This document shows positions 24,315 through 37,612 of a stretch of DNA of 56,672 nucleotides, piece after piece; position 1 is the first letter of the stretch, and the number at the start of each line of letters is the position of its first letter. A model generated the notes under the pieces. It searched no databases. It was not told the origin of the DNA and saw only the letters and a list, made by a program, of their open reading frames with translations. A program made the translations under genes and the position numbers. Source of the DNA: Lama guanicoe (Eukaryota); NCBI GenBank assembly GCA_013239625.1, contig MU056050.1, forward strand, positions 7,686,483 to 7,743,154, given 5' to 3'.

Positions 24315-25240
24315 GTGGGGCCAGGAAATACCACTATAATAGTGACTGAATTTATCATACCAGGGTTTGGAGACCTCAAGGAATTGGGTCTCTTGCTCTT
24401 CTTGGTGTTTGGCATTGTCTCCTTAGCCACCATTTCTGTGATCTCTTCTGTGTAGTCCTGGTGAGCACTAAACGGGGGCTCCAGACACCAATGTACTTCT
24501 TTCTGGCAAACTTCTCATGCCTGGAGGTCTGTTATGCATCCAATATCATGCTCAGGTTGCTTATAGACTTGTTGAGAGAGAACAGAATGATCTCCATCGT
24601 AGGTTGTATTATTCAGCTGTATTTCTTTGGGGCTCTGGGCAGCACTGAATGTTATCTTCTGGCAATGACGTCATATGACCAATACCTGGCTATCTGCTGG
24701 CCCTTGCTCTGTCCAACCCTAATGAATGGAACCATATGTGTAGGGCTAGTAATTGGCTCATGGGTTAGTGACTTCATAGTGACAGCTGCATTCCAGGCTG
24801 CTATGGTATCCAGCTTGACCTTCTGCAGTGGCAACAAGATTGACCATTTCTTCTGTAACTTGAAGCCTCTGTGGAAGCTCTCCTGCTCAGATCCCCAGCT
24901 AGTCAACCTGGTCTGTATGAGTCTAACAGCACTGGTGACATCGTCCCTCTTTGGACTAACCCTAGTCTCCTACTGGAAGATTCTTTCCACAGTCTTGCAT
25001 ATATCTTCCATGACTGATGAGCAGAAGGCATTCTCCACTTGTTCCTCTCATCTAGTGGTTGTAAACTTGTTTTACGAGACCTTGATCCTAGTCTATGCTC
25101 TGCCTTTTGCTGGCCAGGTGCCAGTTCTTAACAAAACCTTCTCCTTGCTCTATACTGTTCTCAGCCCCATGTGTAGCCCCCTTATCTACAGCCTCAGAAA
25201 CAACGATGTCAAGGAGGCCTTGAAGAAGCTGAGGGTTTGA
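24315..25240 (+). pseudogene. Class II olfactory receptor pseudogene (OR11-like, tentative)
   Basis: N-terminus (V)GPGNTTIIVTEFIIPGFGDLKELGLLLFLVF starts at GTG 24315. A 1-bp deletion near 24438-24440 gives TAG at 24453-24455. The downstream frame has LQTPMYFFL, ECYLLAMTSYDQYLAIC, IDHFFC, KAFSTCSSHL and PLIYSLRN. Conserved residues are lost (DRY->DQY, PLxY->PLLC, FCD->FCN, NP->SP). Confidence 0.95.
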
Positions 25241-25610
25241 TCTTACAATGATAAGCTTCATTCAGTCAACAGAAATGATGGAAGACTGAAGGTCAAGGCA
25301 CTCTCCCCATCCTCAGGGAACTCTCAGTCTGATTAGATTATGATCTGTATAACCTGAAATATTGGTTAATCCCCAAATTATTCCACTTAACTGATTTAGG
25401 AGAAGAGTTAGTAGATTTGTCTTGGTCTCCTTGAAATGATTTAGTTTTTCTGAGCATATTTATACATCTAGATGGGAGGAGCACTTCCTAGTTGATAAGA
25501 GGGTAGCCATTCTGGGATAGAAAATAAATAATTGCTGCATATAATCCCTCAAAAAGCTCAATCTTAGAGGTAAGGATTAGCAAGTGTGCTTTAGTTGTGT
25601 TCAATTTCCG

Positions 25611-25613
<3 letters not shown>

Positions 25614-25643
<30 letters not shown>
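25614..25643 (+). repeat. (TG)n microsatellite
   Basis: Visible tandem repeat. Another lies at ~23535-23558. Confidence 0.95.
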
Positions 25644-25647
<4 letters not shown>

Positions 25648-27339
25648 ATAAATCAGAGTGGGAGATCCTGGGGTTGGGGGAGGAGTAATAACTGTGCTAC
25701 CCTCATTAGAATAGGGAAGCTCAGCTCCCTAAATGAAGGGACCATATTTATCTGCTTAGTACTCACACTAGAGTTCTGGCTGTGAAGCTATGTTAAATGG
25801 ATAATAATAATACTGTACCTCTACTTGGCTTAGGATTAAGAAAGATAAAAGTGGAATCTAATAAAATATACAGAAACTCATTAGAAGACTAGTTGTGGAG
25901 AAATATGAATTAAGCACTTATAGAAATTTGTTAGACATATAGATTGCCTCAAGGCACTCTTTTCTAAGTTGAATTTTCTTTAGCATTTATAGCTACCCAC
26001 TGTGTTTTCATCTCTTTATGCTCCCCTCTCAGATCCTCCTTCTGCTGTGTACTTGAGTTAGCCTTGATGGCCTCACTTGTGTTTTTGTTTCTTATTTTTG
26101 TATCTGCTACCAGCTACCTAACATTATCAACTTGTGTATTCAAGCTACATTTCAAGAAAGAAAAGCAAAAAATTCTGTTCTGATAATGGAGACAATACAT
26201 GTATTCAATTATTCAATCAATAATATTTACTGAGAGCCTAATATTATCCAAGCATTGTGCTAGGTGATAGGAATAGAAGAGTGAACAACATAGACACAGC
26301 TTTTGATCTAAAAAATATGGCCTTGGTGTTCAAATTGCTCAGAATTTTTATTTTTACATTGTTTGTAGACTATGTAGTTCTTGAAAGCACCTCCTATAAA
26401 GAGAATCTCTATACATAAAACCCCAATATTCTTAGTTATCTTAATTTTAATAATAAATATATAATTAATATGAAACAGCATAATGTAAAGACATAACAAA
26501 GCTTTTAGTAAAACATATGAACAAGCACAAATGTGCAGAATGTCCCTTACTTAGCTAAATCCACCCCTTTTTCCCCTTTAAGACCCAGCTCAAGTTCCAC
26601 CTTCTCTTGGAACTCTCCCTGCTGCCCTGCTTATGTCATTTCGTCCCCTGGGAAGTACTTTATTCCCCTTCATTTGACAAGTAAGCATGCACTAATCTTC
26701 ACATTATATGTATATGACCTATCTTCCAGTGATATTATAAATCCTCAAAGACAAAAATAGAAGGTCATTTCTAGCTATACCTCCAAGTACCCAGCATAGC
26801 ACATTTCACACAGTAGACACTTGATATCTGATAAAACCCAAGTTCCTCAGCATGGGATTCAAAGTCTTCCATGACCCTGCTTCTGCTTCCTTTCCCAATC
26901 CCATGTGCCACCAGACTCCATCTCACAATTTACCATATCACACTCATGCATCCTTTCTCATTCCCTTTGCCTAAAAATTCCTGCCCATATTTGTTTTTCT
27001 CCGGGTTAATGCCCCATGATATTTTCTTGGACTTATCAACATCCTCACCAGGAAATCTTACCTGACTGTTTTCTTTCATCCAACACATTGAGTAAAGTGA
27101 TACTCTCCTGTATCTCCATGGGATTCATTGTGGACCTAGATTTAAGCAGTAATCACATTATCTGGTGGATTACCACTGCATTTTCAGTGCCTAGAACTAT
27201 TCTTGGCATAGGAGACAGCAAATGACTACTAGCTAAGTGGGTAGCTGAATAGTTACATGTCTTTCTCCCTTACAAGTTTATTATTTCATTGACTTCAAGT
27301 ACCTCCTATGTACTGATGGCCCCCTCATAATTTAATACC

Positions 27340-28800
27340 GTGATAAATGCTATAAAGGAAAAGCATAGGCTGCTAGGAAGGTGTTTAATAAGGATACATA
27401 GTTTGAATTGGATTGAAATATCAGAGAAGACTTCTCTGATAAGGAAGGGGAGGATTTCAACAGAGATACTAGATAGCAGCAGGGTCCTGCAGTAGGAAAG
27501 ACCTTTGAATGTTTTGGGAACAAAGAAAAGGCAAGTGTGGTTATAATGTAGTGATCAAAGGGGAGAGCATAACAGATGGACCTAGGAAAGTAGGCAGGAA
27601 CCATATAATACAAGTACTCACTGGATTTTTCTGTAAGTCAGATTGGAACTCATTGAATGGTTTTTAGTAGAGTGACATGATCCCTTTTATGTTTTAAGAT
27701 CACTTTCACTGCTATGTGGAAAATTACTTTTAACGGGACTAGAGGGCTAATAGACATTGAGAAACCAGTTAGGATACTGTTACAATGTTACTTCTGAGAA
27801 ATGATGGTGGTGAGAACTAAGAGAGTAGTGGCAGAGATGGGGAGAAATGAATTGAACTCAATATATTCAGAGGTAGAAATCAGAGGATTTAGTGATAGAT
27901 TACAGAGGGAGGCATCAATAATAACTTTTAGGTTACTGGTTTGTGAATTGAAAATATGCTTATGCTACTCACTAGGATGAAAGAACCCTGGAATAGGACC
28001 AGGTTTGGGGGAGAAGAGAAATGATGAGATCAATCTTGTGTGAAAGTATTCTGATATAGCAGTGTATGTTAAGTAGGTGGCTAAATATACTGGTCTAGAA
28101 CTCAGAAGAGATATCTGGGCTAGATATATGAATTTAGATGCCATCAGCATGTAGATGGCATTCAAAATCATGGAAATTGGGTAAATCATGTAGAGAAACA
28201 GTTTAGAGAGAGAAGAGATGCCAGAAAGGAGCCCTGAGAATTCCATTATTTAAAGGTCATGTAGAAGAAGGATGAGGAGGGGATAGAAGGGTAGCAGGAA
28301 AACCTAAGTGTGTATGTTCATGCAAGTAGAGCGAAGAGAGTGTTTTATGGGGGGAAAGCCTGGTAAACTATGCTGAAGGCTGGTAAGAGGAGGTGTAAGC
28401 TAAGGACAGAGAAGAGTCCACTGTATCTGATAACTTGGAGAACATTGATGACTTCACTAAAAGAACTTTTTGTAGAGTGATGTGTGCAGAAACCACACTG
28501 GAGTGAGATAAAGAAATGAATAAAAGGTGAAGGAAAGCAGACACTACATGTAGATAATTTTTTGGAGAAACCTGGCTCTGAAAGGAAATTGATTTGGTGA
28601 AAGGTTGAATAAGGAACTTAAAGGAAGGTGTTTGTTTTTATAATGTGAAATAATAGAAAATATTTGAATACTACTAGAAGAATTTATTAGAAAGGGAGAA
28701 GTTTAAGATGCAGGAAACCAGAGGGATATAGTATTTTATGGTCCCTGCAAAGGCTGGGAGTTCCAAGGTCCAGAGCATATGTGAAGGTATGGTCCTCTGA
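27340..28800 (-). mobile_element. LINE-2 remnant, long
   Basis: Purine-rich + strand with L2 hallmarks (GTGACATGATC...TTTTAAGATCACT...GCTATGTGGA; GGTCTAGAACTCAGAAGAGATATCTGGGCTAGA; ATCAGCATGTAGATGGCATT). Confidence 0.8.
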
Positions 28801-29052
28801 TCAAAGAAGTAACAAGTGATTACTGTGACAAATATGTACTGAATACTTACCATGTGCTTGGTTCTGTTTCAAGTACTAGGGTTGCAATAACTCAATACAA
28901 AATGTTTTAAAAAATGAATAAAGTATGGTTCGTACCCTCATGGAGCTCACAGTTTGGTGAGATACAGATAAGTCAACAGAAAATTATAATTAGATTGATT
29001 AATGCTATGATAAATAGAGGGTCATATGTCAGTGCTGGGGAGGGAGAGTCAT

Positions 29053-29507
29053 TGTTATGGGTTAAATTTTGTCCCTCAAAGAAAGATATGTTGGAGTCCT
29101 AATGTCCAGTATCTCAGAATGTGACCTCATTCGGACATAGGATCTTTACAGAGGTAATGGAGTTAAAGTGAGGTCATTCAAGTGGGCCCTAATTCAATAT
29201 GGCTGGCACTCTTATAAAATACAGAAATTTAGATAGAAAGACACACACACAAGGAGATCACCACGTGAGGATGAAGGCAGAGATTGGAATGATATGTTTA
29301 TAAGCCAAGGAGCACCAAAGATTGCCAGCAAACCACCAGAAGCCAGGAGGGAGATATGGAACAGATTCTTCCTCATTTCCCTCAGAAGGAATCAGTGCTG
29401 CCATGATATTGGACTTCTGGCCTCCAGAACTTCGAGAAAAATTTTTCTGTTGTCTAGTACACTCAAGTTATGGTACTTTGTTATGGCAGCCCTAGAAAAC
29501 TAATACA
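29053..29507 (+). mobile_element. Complete solo MaLR LTR (MLT1C-like) inserted into an L2 remnant
   Basis: Starts TGTTATGGGTTAAATT and ends GGCAGCCCTAGAAAACTAATACA. 5-bp flanks GTCAT (29048-29052) and GGCAT (29508-29512). L2-like sequence on both sides. Confidence 0.88.
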
Positions 29508-30757
29508 GGCATCCAAACCAATCTGAGGGCGGAGTGGGTCAGGTTAAGGGAAGACTTCCGAGTGGAGTTGTTATTTGAACTGAATCAAGATAAATAAGTA
29601 GGATTGCATGGGTGGGGCTTGGGGAAGTCATTCTATGTACAGTGATCATCTCTGTGATGGTTTGAAGTAAAAGAGAGTGTACATGTCCAAACTACTGCAA
29701 GTAATCCAACATGGCTGGATGCAGAGTGTGTGGGCAATGGCGGTGACAACTGAGAACTGAGAAGCTGCAGCCAATTCATGAAGGGCCTTCTATTCTAAGC
29801 CAAGGAATTTGGGCTTTATCCTGAAGCCAAAGTGTGGCCTTTAAATGTTTATTCCCCTCCCCACTATTCACTTGCCTAATTCCATTTTTCTAAAAAGCCT
29901 TTTCTTACATCTATTGTGGAACTTATCACACAGAAACATGAAAAAGAGCTTGCTTCTTGATCTCAAATATGCAGGATGGGACTATGTCCTATTTACTGAG
30001 ATACACCCAGTGCCTGACAAGTGCTTGACATATAGTAGTCTCTCAGTAAATGGCTGTCTGGTGTGTTCCTAGTGACAACATTGGGACTTCTTAGCTCTCT
30101 TTGGAATGATATTCCGGGACACTCCATATTTTGCTTTTACTCTTCTCTCCTCTTCCTTCCTCTCACTGATGATTTATCTCCCTCCACACTTGGCACTCAT
30201 TTCACTTCTCCACTTGGTTTTCTCTTTGGATCAAGGATCCTGGAAGCTTCTTGTGTGCTCCTTCCTACCCAAAATCACTAGTCCTCACTTTAGACAGCCT
30301 CTCATGCATCCAGGTTCCTACTGTCCCCAAGGGAGCCTGGTTCACACCATGTAGAGCCCTGCAATCAACCTTGTCACCTTACTTCTGCCCCTAGTTTTAC
30401 CAGGACTAATGCTTAACTTAGTCTAAATAGGGTCATTAGGTAAGTTTCAAGGAAGTAGCTCTGGCCAGAATGGGCCAAAGAACAGGTGGCAACTTTGGCA
30501 AGAGGATGCAGCTGAGGCTACAGGATGGGGCAATGGGATTGCTAGGTTCAACAGTTTGACAGGGTCAGATAATCTGAGCAATCTTTAACTGAGCCAAATT
30601 TGACCCATGGCATTTTCATTGAAAAATGGTAAAATAGGGCACCTGAAAGGGAAACTAGGAACAATGATCATCAAGGCAAGATGCCAAACAGAGACCTTGT
30701 GTTCTCATCAGATTGAATTAATTAAAAAAGTACATCTCCTCCCTCCTGCCCAACCTG

Positions 30758-30762
<5 letters not shown>

Positions 30763-30804
<42 letters not shown>
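30763..30804 (+). repeat. (AC)n microsatellite
   Basis: Visible perfect tandem repeat. Confidence 0.97.
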
Positions 30805-30807
<3 letters not shown>

Positions 30808-30857
30808 CTTACACTACAGACACAAAATGCTGATACACAGACCCATACCCACAGTGA

Positions 30858-31180
30858 CAGAACCTAGTATGACTTACTTTGGTTGGCAGATAATTGTAAC
30901 ACCTGATCTGTTTGCAACTGACCTGCTGGGAAGGAGGTACTCTTTATAAGTGCATGTCACAAATAACAGAAGCATCACTTGAAATAACAAAACCTTTGAA
31001 ATTTGTCTCAGATAGCTTTCTCTCTTCTCATACCAAATGAACCTGATACAACTTTTTCTGGATGATTCCAAGCCATCTTCATGGGCACTCATTATTTGAT
31101 TCTGGGGTGAACTTAGGGTGTTGTTAGGAGCGATGCTGGAATGTAGTGAACTCTTTACCCCTCTCCTAAATGCCCCCAGT
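30858..31180 (+). repeat. Copy 1 of a diverged direct repeat (family not recognised)
   Basis: Colinear similarity to 32065-32640, e.g. CAGAACCTA...TTGGTTGGCAGATA...AACACCTGATCTGTTTG. Confidence 0.75.
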
Positions 31181-32064
31181 GTAAATATGCTATTTACATA
31201 GACAGTCATATTATCCATATATGTGTACAGATATGTATGTGCATAAATATATATGTACAAATCATCTTTTCATTTAAATATCTCCATACAAGATGCACAT
31301 AAGACATGCTGTGTAGATACATGCACAGTGCAGTTACTTACAAGCAACCTATGCACTCCCTGTAGCTAGGTTTGTAAGTGCCTCCCTTTCTTATAGCCAA
31401 TAGCCTGCTTGTTTTGTCATTTTCCTTCCTTCCTTTGCACACTGACTCTTGGGATTAAGGAGTTAGTGTAGCATTCACTGCAGAGTTGGTGGTTTTAATT
31501 GGTCACACCTGACTTAGTTAAAGGAGGCATTTTAACTACAAAGAACTTCACTGGGAGATGGGCTCTGGGGGAGTTATTAAAAGTAAGCAATAACAGCTCC
31601 TTGGGATGCCATTATTTTGCACTCTCCCCCTCCCCACCAAAGGGTATGTTTATTATTGGTAACCAGGTGAGAGGGAATTCCCTGACTTCATTAGAAACCT
31701 GGAAAAATAACTTTTCCTTGCCAATACCTTTCTTTCTTGCTGGGACACATTTCTCCTGGGAGGTGGTGTAGCAAAATGGCCAGCCCCAAGTATCCTTTCT
31801 GTCTAAAGTACAGCCTTAAAAAACTCTCAGGAGCTTCAGGACTCATCCTTGGAGAACAGTCATGCCTCCACCAACATACATGCAGCAAAAGAGTCACCTC
31901 ATTAACTCAAACTTGTAAATAACTGGGACACCATTTATACTGGTGATGTTCACATGTGTACCACCTCAGGAAGGGGAGAGAAAAATTTCACCAGCATCTG
32001 CTTTATTTACATATACACTATGTGCTCATCAAAAAACTTTATCTGTTCATTGAAATCAGGTTGG

Positions 32065-32640
32065 CAGAACCTACTGTGACATGCCTTGGTTGGCAGATAC
32101 CTTAACACCTGATCTGTTTGGCATTGGCTGGCAAGGACATGTTTGCAAGTGAATGTCCCAAATAATAGAAGTGTACTTGCAGTGGCCAAGTCTTTTTCAT
32201 TGTAATTGTTTCAAATGGATGTCTTTATATTTTAAAAATTGATTTATAATTAACACATATTAGTTTCAGGTGTACATCATAGTGATTTGATATTTTTATA
32301 CATTATGAAATGATCACCGCAATGAGACCAGTTACCATCCATCACCATAGAAGGTTGTTGCAATATTATCAACTACATTCCCTATGTGTACATAGCATCC
32401 CCATAATGTGTTTATTTTAAAGCTGGAAGTTTTTGTCTCTTAATCTCCTTCACCTATTTTGTCCATCCCTATCTTTCCATGCCAAGTGAACTTGACACAA
32501 TTTGCCCTTTTCAGGTTGATTCCAGGCCATTTTTATAGACACTAATCATTGAGTTGGGCTTGGATATAAGGGATGCCCTTAGGAGCTACCTTGGAGTGTA
32601 TCAGACTGTTTAATCATCCAACAAATGGCCCCTGGTTGTC
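32065..32640 (+). repeat. Copy 2 of the diverged direct repeat, interrupted by an L1 fragment
   Basis: Similarity to copy 1 resumes after the L1 insert (CCAAGTGAACTTGACACAA vs CCAAATGAACCTGATACAA; GATTCCAGGCCAT vs GATTCCAAGCCAT). Confidence 0.75.
32229..32470 (-). mobile_element. Short LINE-1 3' UTR fragment
   Basis: TTAGTTTCAGGTGTACATCATAGTGATTTGATATTT...ATGAAATGATCACC. Same family as 17160-17392. Confidence 0.85.
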
Positions 32641-35600
32641 TATTTTTAAAGAAGTATCCTGTCTTTTTTCTAAAGTTTTTGCTTGCTGATAATATTGTTT
32701 TTGCCTTCAGTAGCCCTTTGACATTTTCTATTCTAACCTAGGTTCAGAAACCAAGCTAAGTTACAATTGTGTATAAAGTAAAATTCAGAGCCTCAGGAGT
32801 TTTTCTGTAAGTACTCTGCATGAGTGTATAGTGCATTGGTGTATAGCTTTTGTATCATCTCTTTTGGCTGTTCTCAGGTTTTTAAAGGTTAATTCTTAGA
32901 GTTTAGCTCTAAGAGTACTAGACAATTATGGTTTCTAGGAAGGGAACCTTCAGGTAAGTGATATATCATTGCAGTTAGAGTTAATATAGATAAACTAAAC
33001 CTCATTAATTTGGACTTCACTAATTCATAATATGGGACTGTCTCATTTATAAACTAGGTTTTGAAGTTTATCATTTCACCAGCTACAAAGAGAAAGGACA
33101 TGTTTGGTAAATTAATATCTTAAACAGAATCACATGGGCAATGCAAGTGTCATTTGCACATCAAACTTGACTATATCTGTTTATTAATATGGATCCCATT
33201 AAGCCAACTATTGGGTAATACAATTCACTGTGTATATTTGAAAGTAACAATAACAAACAGTGATACCTAAATTAATCGATTCATTGAGGAGAAAGTTCAT
33301 TTGAATAAAGTCAGCCTGGTTCATAGAGACATAGAGACATAGAAAATTAATGAAAGCTCTCGGTCCTTGGCTAGTGATAGTGGCAGCTGAAGAAAAGAGA
33401 GAGCTAAGTCCATTTTAGTGGGGAAGTTAAAGGTCTGCAGTGCCTTTAGCTCAAGAATAACTGATATTGGGTCCTGTTCCAAGGAAACAGAGATATATCC
33501 CACAAGCCTGAGAGTCACAGCCTCCCCTTGGAGCATGGCTGGAATGGAATATGTTTCTGATATTACTCTGTGAAGGAAGTTTCTGAACAAGAAGAGTCAA
33601 TATTAGTAGAGGTGTTATTTTATAGCTTTGAAAGATATTCTGCCTTTTAACATATCAGACTGGTCTTCCTGTCAATTAATAGTAGAGAGCTCAATATGTG
33701 CTAGGTATCATGCTAAGTGTTTTACATATCTTTTTTCATTTAAGCCTTGTGAACTTTTCAGGTGGGTATTTTAATTGTGTAAATAAGGAAACTGCAATTC
33801 GGTGAAAGTGATTCACCTAACCAAAGTAGTGAATGATCAACTTAGGTTTCAAACCCATTCCACAGCCTGCTATCTTAACCACTACCATACACTGTAGTTC
33901 CTCAAGAGACAGGATAAGACAAATATTCTGAGGTGCTATAACAGGTATGTGTCAGTAACCAAGCTGAGATTCATGCTAAATGGCCCTCCTAAGCTCTACT
34001 TACCTACCTCCAAGCCCATAGGGCAATGACTTTCAGCTAGTTTTGGCTGGGATGATGTTTACAAAGTATATGAAAGAGAAAGGACAAAATAAGTGTCCTA
34101 ATTTTTAGAGTAATCATTCTTGAGTCTACATCTACACAGCCAAAGGGAAGTTGTTACTCAGTGTTTGAAACTGTGATCAAGGCCAAACTGGCAACATGTT
34201 TTAACTTTCAGGAACAAAGTTGTCAACGTAAGCAAATCAGACTTGTACTACCTAGCATTGGTGGTGGAATGCATGCTATTTTCATGTCACTGAAAAAAAA
34301 ATGAGTGGCTATTGTTTAGAGAAAAGGATCAATATCAATACTATGTGAAATGAATTTGTGAGATAGTTTTTGTGTTAAAAGATATTATCAAGGGATGAAT
34401 AGTATCAAGAGCAAGAATTGGGACTGTCAAAAAAGGTTTAGGAAAGGTGTCTATTATAATGTGCGAATTGATCATCTAGTCATTGATGGGACCCTGATGG
34501 AAATATTGAAAAAGTAAAACTTCTGCTTTGTTAAATTTCTTAATGCCTTGCAACTGTAAGAATGATGTCTGGGAATCCAATTTGGATGGAGAAGCTAACT
34601 TTCTGGAAGAATCCTTAACCACAAGCAAAATTTCTGAAATGTCAGTGCATTTTGAATGATGAATGGAAACAGGAAGGACTTGACATTTGTTTTGAACTAT
34701 CAAAGGAATTTCAACAAAACAAGGTGTTCTCAAGCAGCATAGTAACCAGGGTGGAAGGCATCTTTTCTGGTATGACCAAAAAGCGAAAGTGCTAGAAACC
34801 TCAGAGGCAAACTTCAGCATGCCAGAGATTCCAAAATGGCTGCAGAATCCAACTACACATGAGGATAATGGATTTGTGCTATTCTGACAACAATGATGGT
34901 ACTGTCCATGTAGAATTCAATTCTCAAAGGCCGGCAGTCAGGCTAGTAGGATAGACATTCTAAAGTACTACTGGAATTATGTGACAGGCTTCTTCACCAT
35001 GACAGTGCTGTGGCTGACAATTTTTACAATTTTAGTTGTGCCTAAGGGCATTCAAAAATCCCTGTGGGTTCAGCTCTAATCTTGGCTCTTGGAACAATCT
35101 TAGTTTTGCACAGGGGAAATATTAGAAATTCAGGTTTACTCTGACTTTTTCTTCCCATAATTTTATTGGGGTTCCTGCTTAATTTCCTATAACTTCTTCT
35201 AGAATCCAAATTTCTTCTTTGGTTCCTCAATTGATAATCCATTTACCCTGAGAGTCAGATTCTGATTTGCCTCTCTTCAGGCCTTTCTAATCCTTACTTT
35301 AATACTTTAATTCTATCTGCTCTTGGGACTCCTGAATTCCTTCTGCCTATTTCTTGCCTTGATCTCTACTATTGCCACTGCCAGGTCTCTGTGACACTTT
35401 GGTCACTTGCTTGAGTTTATTTAGGCCCTTCTCAGAGCTTAGGTAAGTCCAACTGGTCTGTCTGATCTTTAGATTCTCGCCATCTCTGATTTAGTCCATG
35501 GGCTTGGACAACATTTAATGGTTGTAACTATAAGAACACTAGTTAAAGAATTCAAATTATTTGAGTGATATCACTCAACTTAATCTCCATAGTTATTTGT

Positions 35601-37071
35601 TAGAACAAACTCAAAGAGACTTTTGGCCATTTGTAGAATGTAAATCCATCCTGAAAAGATGAACGTTAACCTTAGCTGAAGAAATCCAAAAGAACATATC
35701 GAAGACCCTAAAGAAAATACTCAAAAATAAGTTCCAATGACTTTGTTTTTTGCATCAATGGAATAAGTGTATAGTTTCCCCAGTGGACTTCTGTGAAGGG
35801 GATGACGCTCATTTAGATATATAAATTCTAATGGGCTTGTCACACAATCCCTCCTATTTAGTGGTTCTGTGAAACACAGTTTGATATCAGCTTTATTAAA
35901 CCCCAATCTTGACCAGCTAGAAGAGCAGTGGGACCAGACACTATGTCCCCACTTTGCTTGTGTCTTTGTTCATATTTATGCCAGCAGCAATCTTGCACTA
36001 CAGATGAAGTTGGGCATAGAAGATAAACTTGAAGAGGCTATGGAGCCTGAGAAGCAGAAGAAACAGATAATGGGTTAAAGTTTAGGAATCTTGGAGCCCC
36101 CTGCCAGAATGCCCTAAATATTTTTTGCTTCTACTCTTGGTTTATACTAAAATTAACCTTTGAATCCCATTTTGAGCCCCAATTCATTTGTCTGAGTTCC
36201 TGATACTTTTCTAACTCTTGGTAGTCCTCTGCTCTAAAAGTTCTGAAATTTGTCTCTAGGTTCTCTCTCTTCTGGAACACAATAATAACCTTTCACAATT
36301 AATGCCACTGCCCTGAGAACCATGTAGCCTTCCCTGCTTCCTAGCCTGGCCCCTTTGTATAGAAATATTAACATAGATGGGTTTCTGATATTGTGGAACA
36401 TACTGCTGACAAACTTCCTTTAGGGCAAGACTGAAGCCCATGTTGCCTCTCCTCACCCCTGAATTGCCCATTCCAGATTTCTTTTCCCTCTTTCCTAGGC
36501 AGCCACGGAGGTACAAGCAAGCCATCTGGCCAAAGCAGTGAGGGTTAAGGTACAAATTGGAGCTGGAGCTCTTCTAATCTAGTATGACAGTTTGTACTGA
36601 TCAGGTTAATGGGGATAATTTCTCTTTGGCTTGTACAGAGACATGAAAATCTAATCTGATTTTGCTATTAATTACTGTGTCTAATCATTATCATAATGTT
36701 TCACTGAATAGAGAAAATCTATTCACATTGCAGAAGCAGTGTAGCAACCAAAGCACCACAATAAAAAAAAGTATTGCTTTTTGTGTTCCGCAGGGAGGCT
36801 GTACTATCACTGTGAGCAGGACATGTACTTTGATATGTTCCTCACTAGCAGGAATGAGCTGTCTTGAGCTCCTCCCTCCTCCATTCTCTCAGGGGCACTA
36901 CACACATTTGTGTGATGATAGGCAGAGAATAAGGAGGTACACTGTGGTTTGGGGAACCGAGTGAAACTAATGGGCACAAGAAGATTAAATAACTGAATCT
37001 TGAGTGAAAACAACATAATACTTTATCAAATAAATGAAATAACTTTAGATGGCTCTTTTTCATTCTTTTAT

Positions 37072-37612
37072 TAACAAGTATTTATTGAACAATTATTCTC
37101 TGTTAAGCTCTTTGCTGGGTACTAGGATGTAGTGGTCAAACAAAACACAGATCCTGCCTTTGTGAAGTTTATAGTCCACATAGAGGATATATATCTATAT
37201 CTATATTATATGTCACACAGAATGTTCAAATACAATTGTGAGAAATTTAAAATGAAAAAGTGAAAAAGCCAGAGTGCTCTAAGAAGGTATGATAAAAAGA
37301 CCGAGTGGAACCCAAAGAATGAGCCAGGTGTAAAGTGGAGTGAGGGAGGGGAAAAAACAGTATGTGTGAAAGTTACAAGGGGGCAATTAGATTTGAGGAA
37401 CATAAAGACATCCAGGGAGGAAAGGAGTTCAGAGAACAACAAAGCGACAAAGCATTAGACTGGAGATCAAGGAAAGAGTTATATCTTTTTGGCTGTGGAC
37501 AGGCTCTAGATGGGCTACATGTCCTTGGGTATTATGACAAGTAATGTTGGTCACATCCACAGGGCATTTGGACTTGACCCTAAGAGCAATAGGAAGTCAC
37601 TGAAGTTTTCTA
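37072..37612 (-). mobile_element. LINE-2 3' remnant
   Basis: AACAAGTATTTATTGAAC...GGGTACTAGGAT...TTTGGACTTGACCCTAAGAGCAATAGGAAGTCACTGAAG. Confidence 0.7.

Noticed and set aside
24461..25240. 259-aa ORF as an intact OR gene
   Set aside because: It lacks the N-terminus and TM1, starts at GTG and has degenerate conserved motifs.
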